Shown piece after piece: positions 63,331 through 64,000 of a stretch of 64,000 bases of DNA (its first letter is position 1; each line of letters opens with the position of its first letter). Source of the stretch: Bacillota bacterium (lineage in GTDB: Bacteria > Bacillota > Clostridia > Christensenellales > CAMQZB01); NCBI GenBank assembly GCA_044426045.1, contig JAWXUX010000011.1:760-64759 (forward strand). The letters run 5' to 3'. The position numbers and the translations under genes are program-made. Below the pieces are notes generated by a model. The model was not told the origin of the DNA. It ran no database searches and was given only the letters and a program-made list of their open reading frames with translations.

Positions 63331-63960
63331 TTAGAAATCGAATTTCGCTTTCATAGCTGCAACGATCACTTCAGCTGCCTTATCCGCGCCAAAATACGAC
63401 ATATCGATACAAAGATCGTAGTTTTTATTATCTCCCCAAACTTGGTCTGTATAATAATTGTGGTAGTTTGCACGTTTTTTATCAGTTTTCTTGATATATG
63501 TTACAAGATTTTTTTCCGCAATTTCCGGATGACGTGAGCCAACCCTTGCTACTCTCTTGTCCATATCAGAGCAATAGCTGAAAACTGAGAATGTGTTTTC
63601 ATATTCCCTTAGCACATAGTTTGCACATCTGCCAACAATCACACAATTTTCGCTTGAAGCAAGACGTTTGATTGTTTCTGATTTTTTCAGATACAGATTT
63701 TCATATGTTGGTGCATCTTGATAGTTATAGAAGTTTGAAAACATGATTGAATTGCTTCCTGCCGCAACACCGTCGCCAAACATGAACTTCAATTTTTCAT
63801 CCGCTTCTTCAAACAATTCTTTTGAATATCCGCTTTCTGCTGACGCCATTTCCAAAAGTTCTTTATCGATATACCTATACCCCAAAAGTTCTGAAACCTT
63901 TCGCGCAAGTTCTCTTCCACCGCTGCCAAATTCTCTACCGACTGTAATCACATAGCTCAT
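63331..63960 (-). CDS. Cytidylate kinase-like family protein
   Basis: 209 aa. N-terminus ITVGREFGSGGRELA is typical of the cytidylate-kinase-like (Cytidylate_kin2-type) family. Confidence 0.8.
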   Translation of the reverse strand: MSYVITVGREFGSGGRELARKVSELLGYRYIDKELLEMASAESGYSKELFEEADEKLKFMFGDGVAAGSNSIMFSNFYNYQDAPTYENLYLKKSETIKRLASSENCVIVGRCANYVLREYENTFSVFSYCSDMDKRVARVGSRHPEIAEKNLVTYIKKTDKKRANYHNYYTDQVWGDNKNYDLCIDMSYFGADKAAEVIVAAMKAKFDF

Positions 63961-64000
63961 ATGATACCTCCTTATCTGTTTCTTTTGGTATTTTAACTCA

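Noticed and set aside
1-64000. tRNA, rRNA, CRISPR-Cas, restriction-modification, toxin-antitoxin or other known defence systems
   Set aside because: No cloverleaf-like or rRNA-like sequence was seen, and no ORF has nuclease, methylase, Cas or toxin signatures. All large ORFs are accounted for by housekeeping or the functions listed.

Overview
The window looks like a low-GC Firmicutes (Clostridia-like, spore-forming) chromosome segment. It has about 58 CDS, more than 90% on the minus strand, and no rRNA, tRNA, CRISPR array, transposase or recognisable defence genes. Most of it is housekeeping:
- hfq-miaA-mutL-mutS-miaB.
- A class A PBP.
- A uxuA/oxidoreductase/GntR unit.
- coaD-rsmD-alr.
- An arylacetate cluster (paaK-iorAB-paaK-ACT).
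- A complete pyr operon (pyrC-carAB-pyrKD-pyrF-pyrE-pyrB).
- recQ and argH.
- spoIIIAA-AH.
- serC-serA.
- murI and rpsT.

The most striking signal is non-coding. A composite palindromic intergenic element occurs 8 times plus 1 fragment, about one copy per 7 kb and about 3% of the window. Each copy has tandem GTGAAAG-type heptamer arms, two REP-like imperfect hairpins and a structured AT-rich core. The arm sequences co-vary between copies. I do not recognise it as a named repeat family.

Other items worth a second look:
- A second small MITE-like family with 17-18 bp terminal inverted repeats and TTAT flanks.
- A five-gene [FeFe]-hydrogenase-like sensory cluster (DRTGG, GHKL ATPase, H-cluster-domain protein, DRTGG-like, PHP).
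- Three unassigned genes (56.2-58.4 kb) with a shared ALE-x-A-x-x-AHILNAEGEKIQ domain, Cys-rich linkers and carboxypeptidase-regulatory-like folds, each behind a sigma-K-like promoter. They may encode spore-surface proteins.
- A PyrB fused to only the zinc domain of PyrI.
- A spoIIIA operon without spoIIIAG.

All calls come from reading the sequence and the supplied ORF translations. No database search was run.
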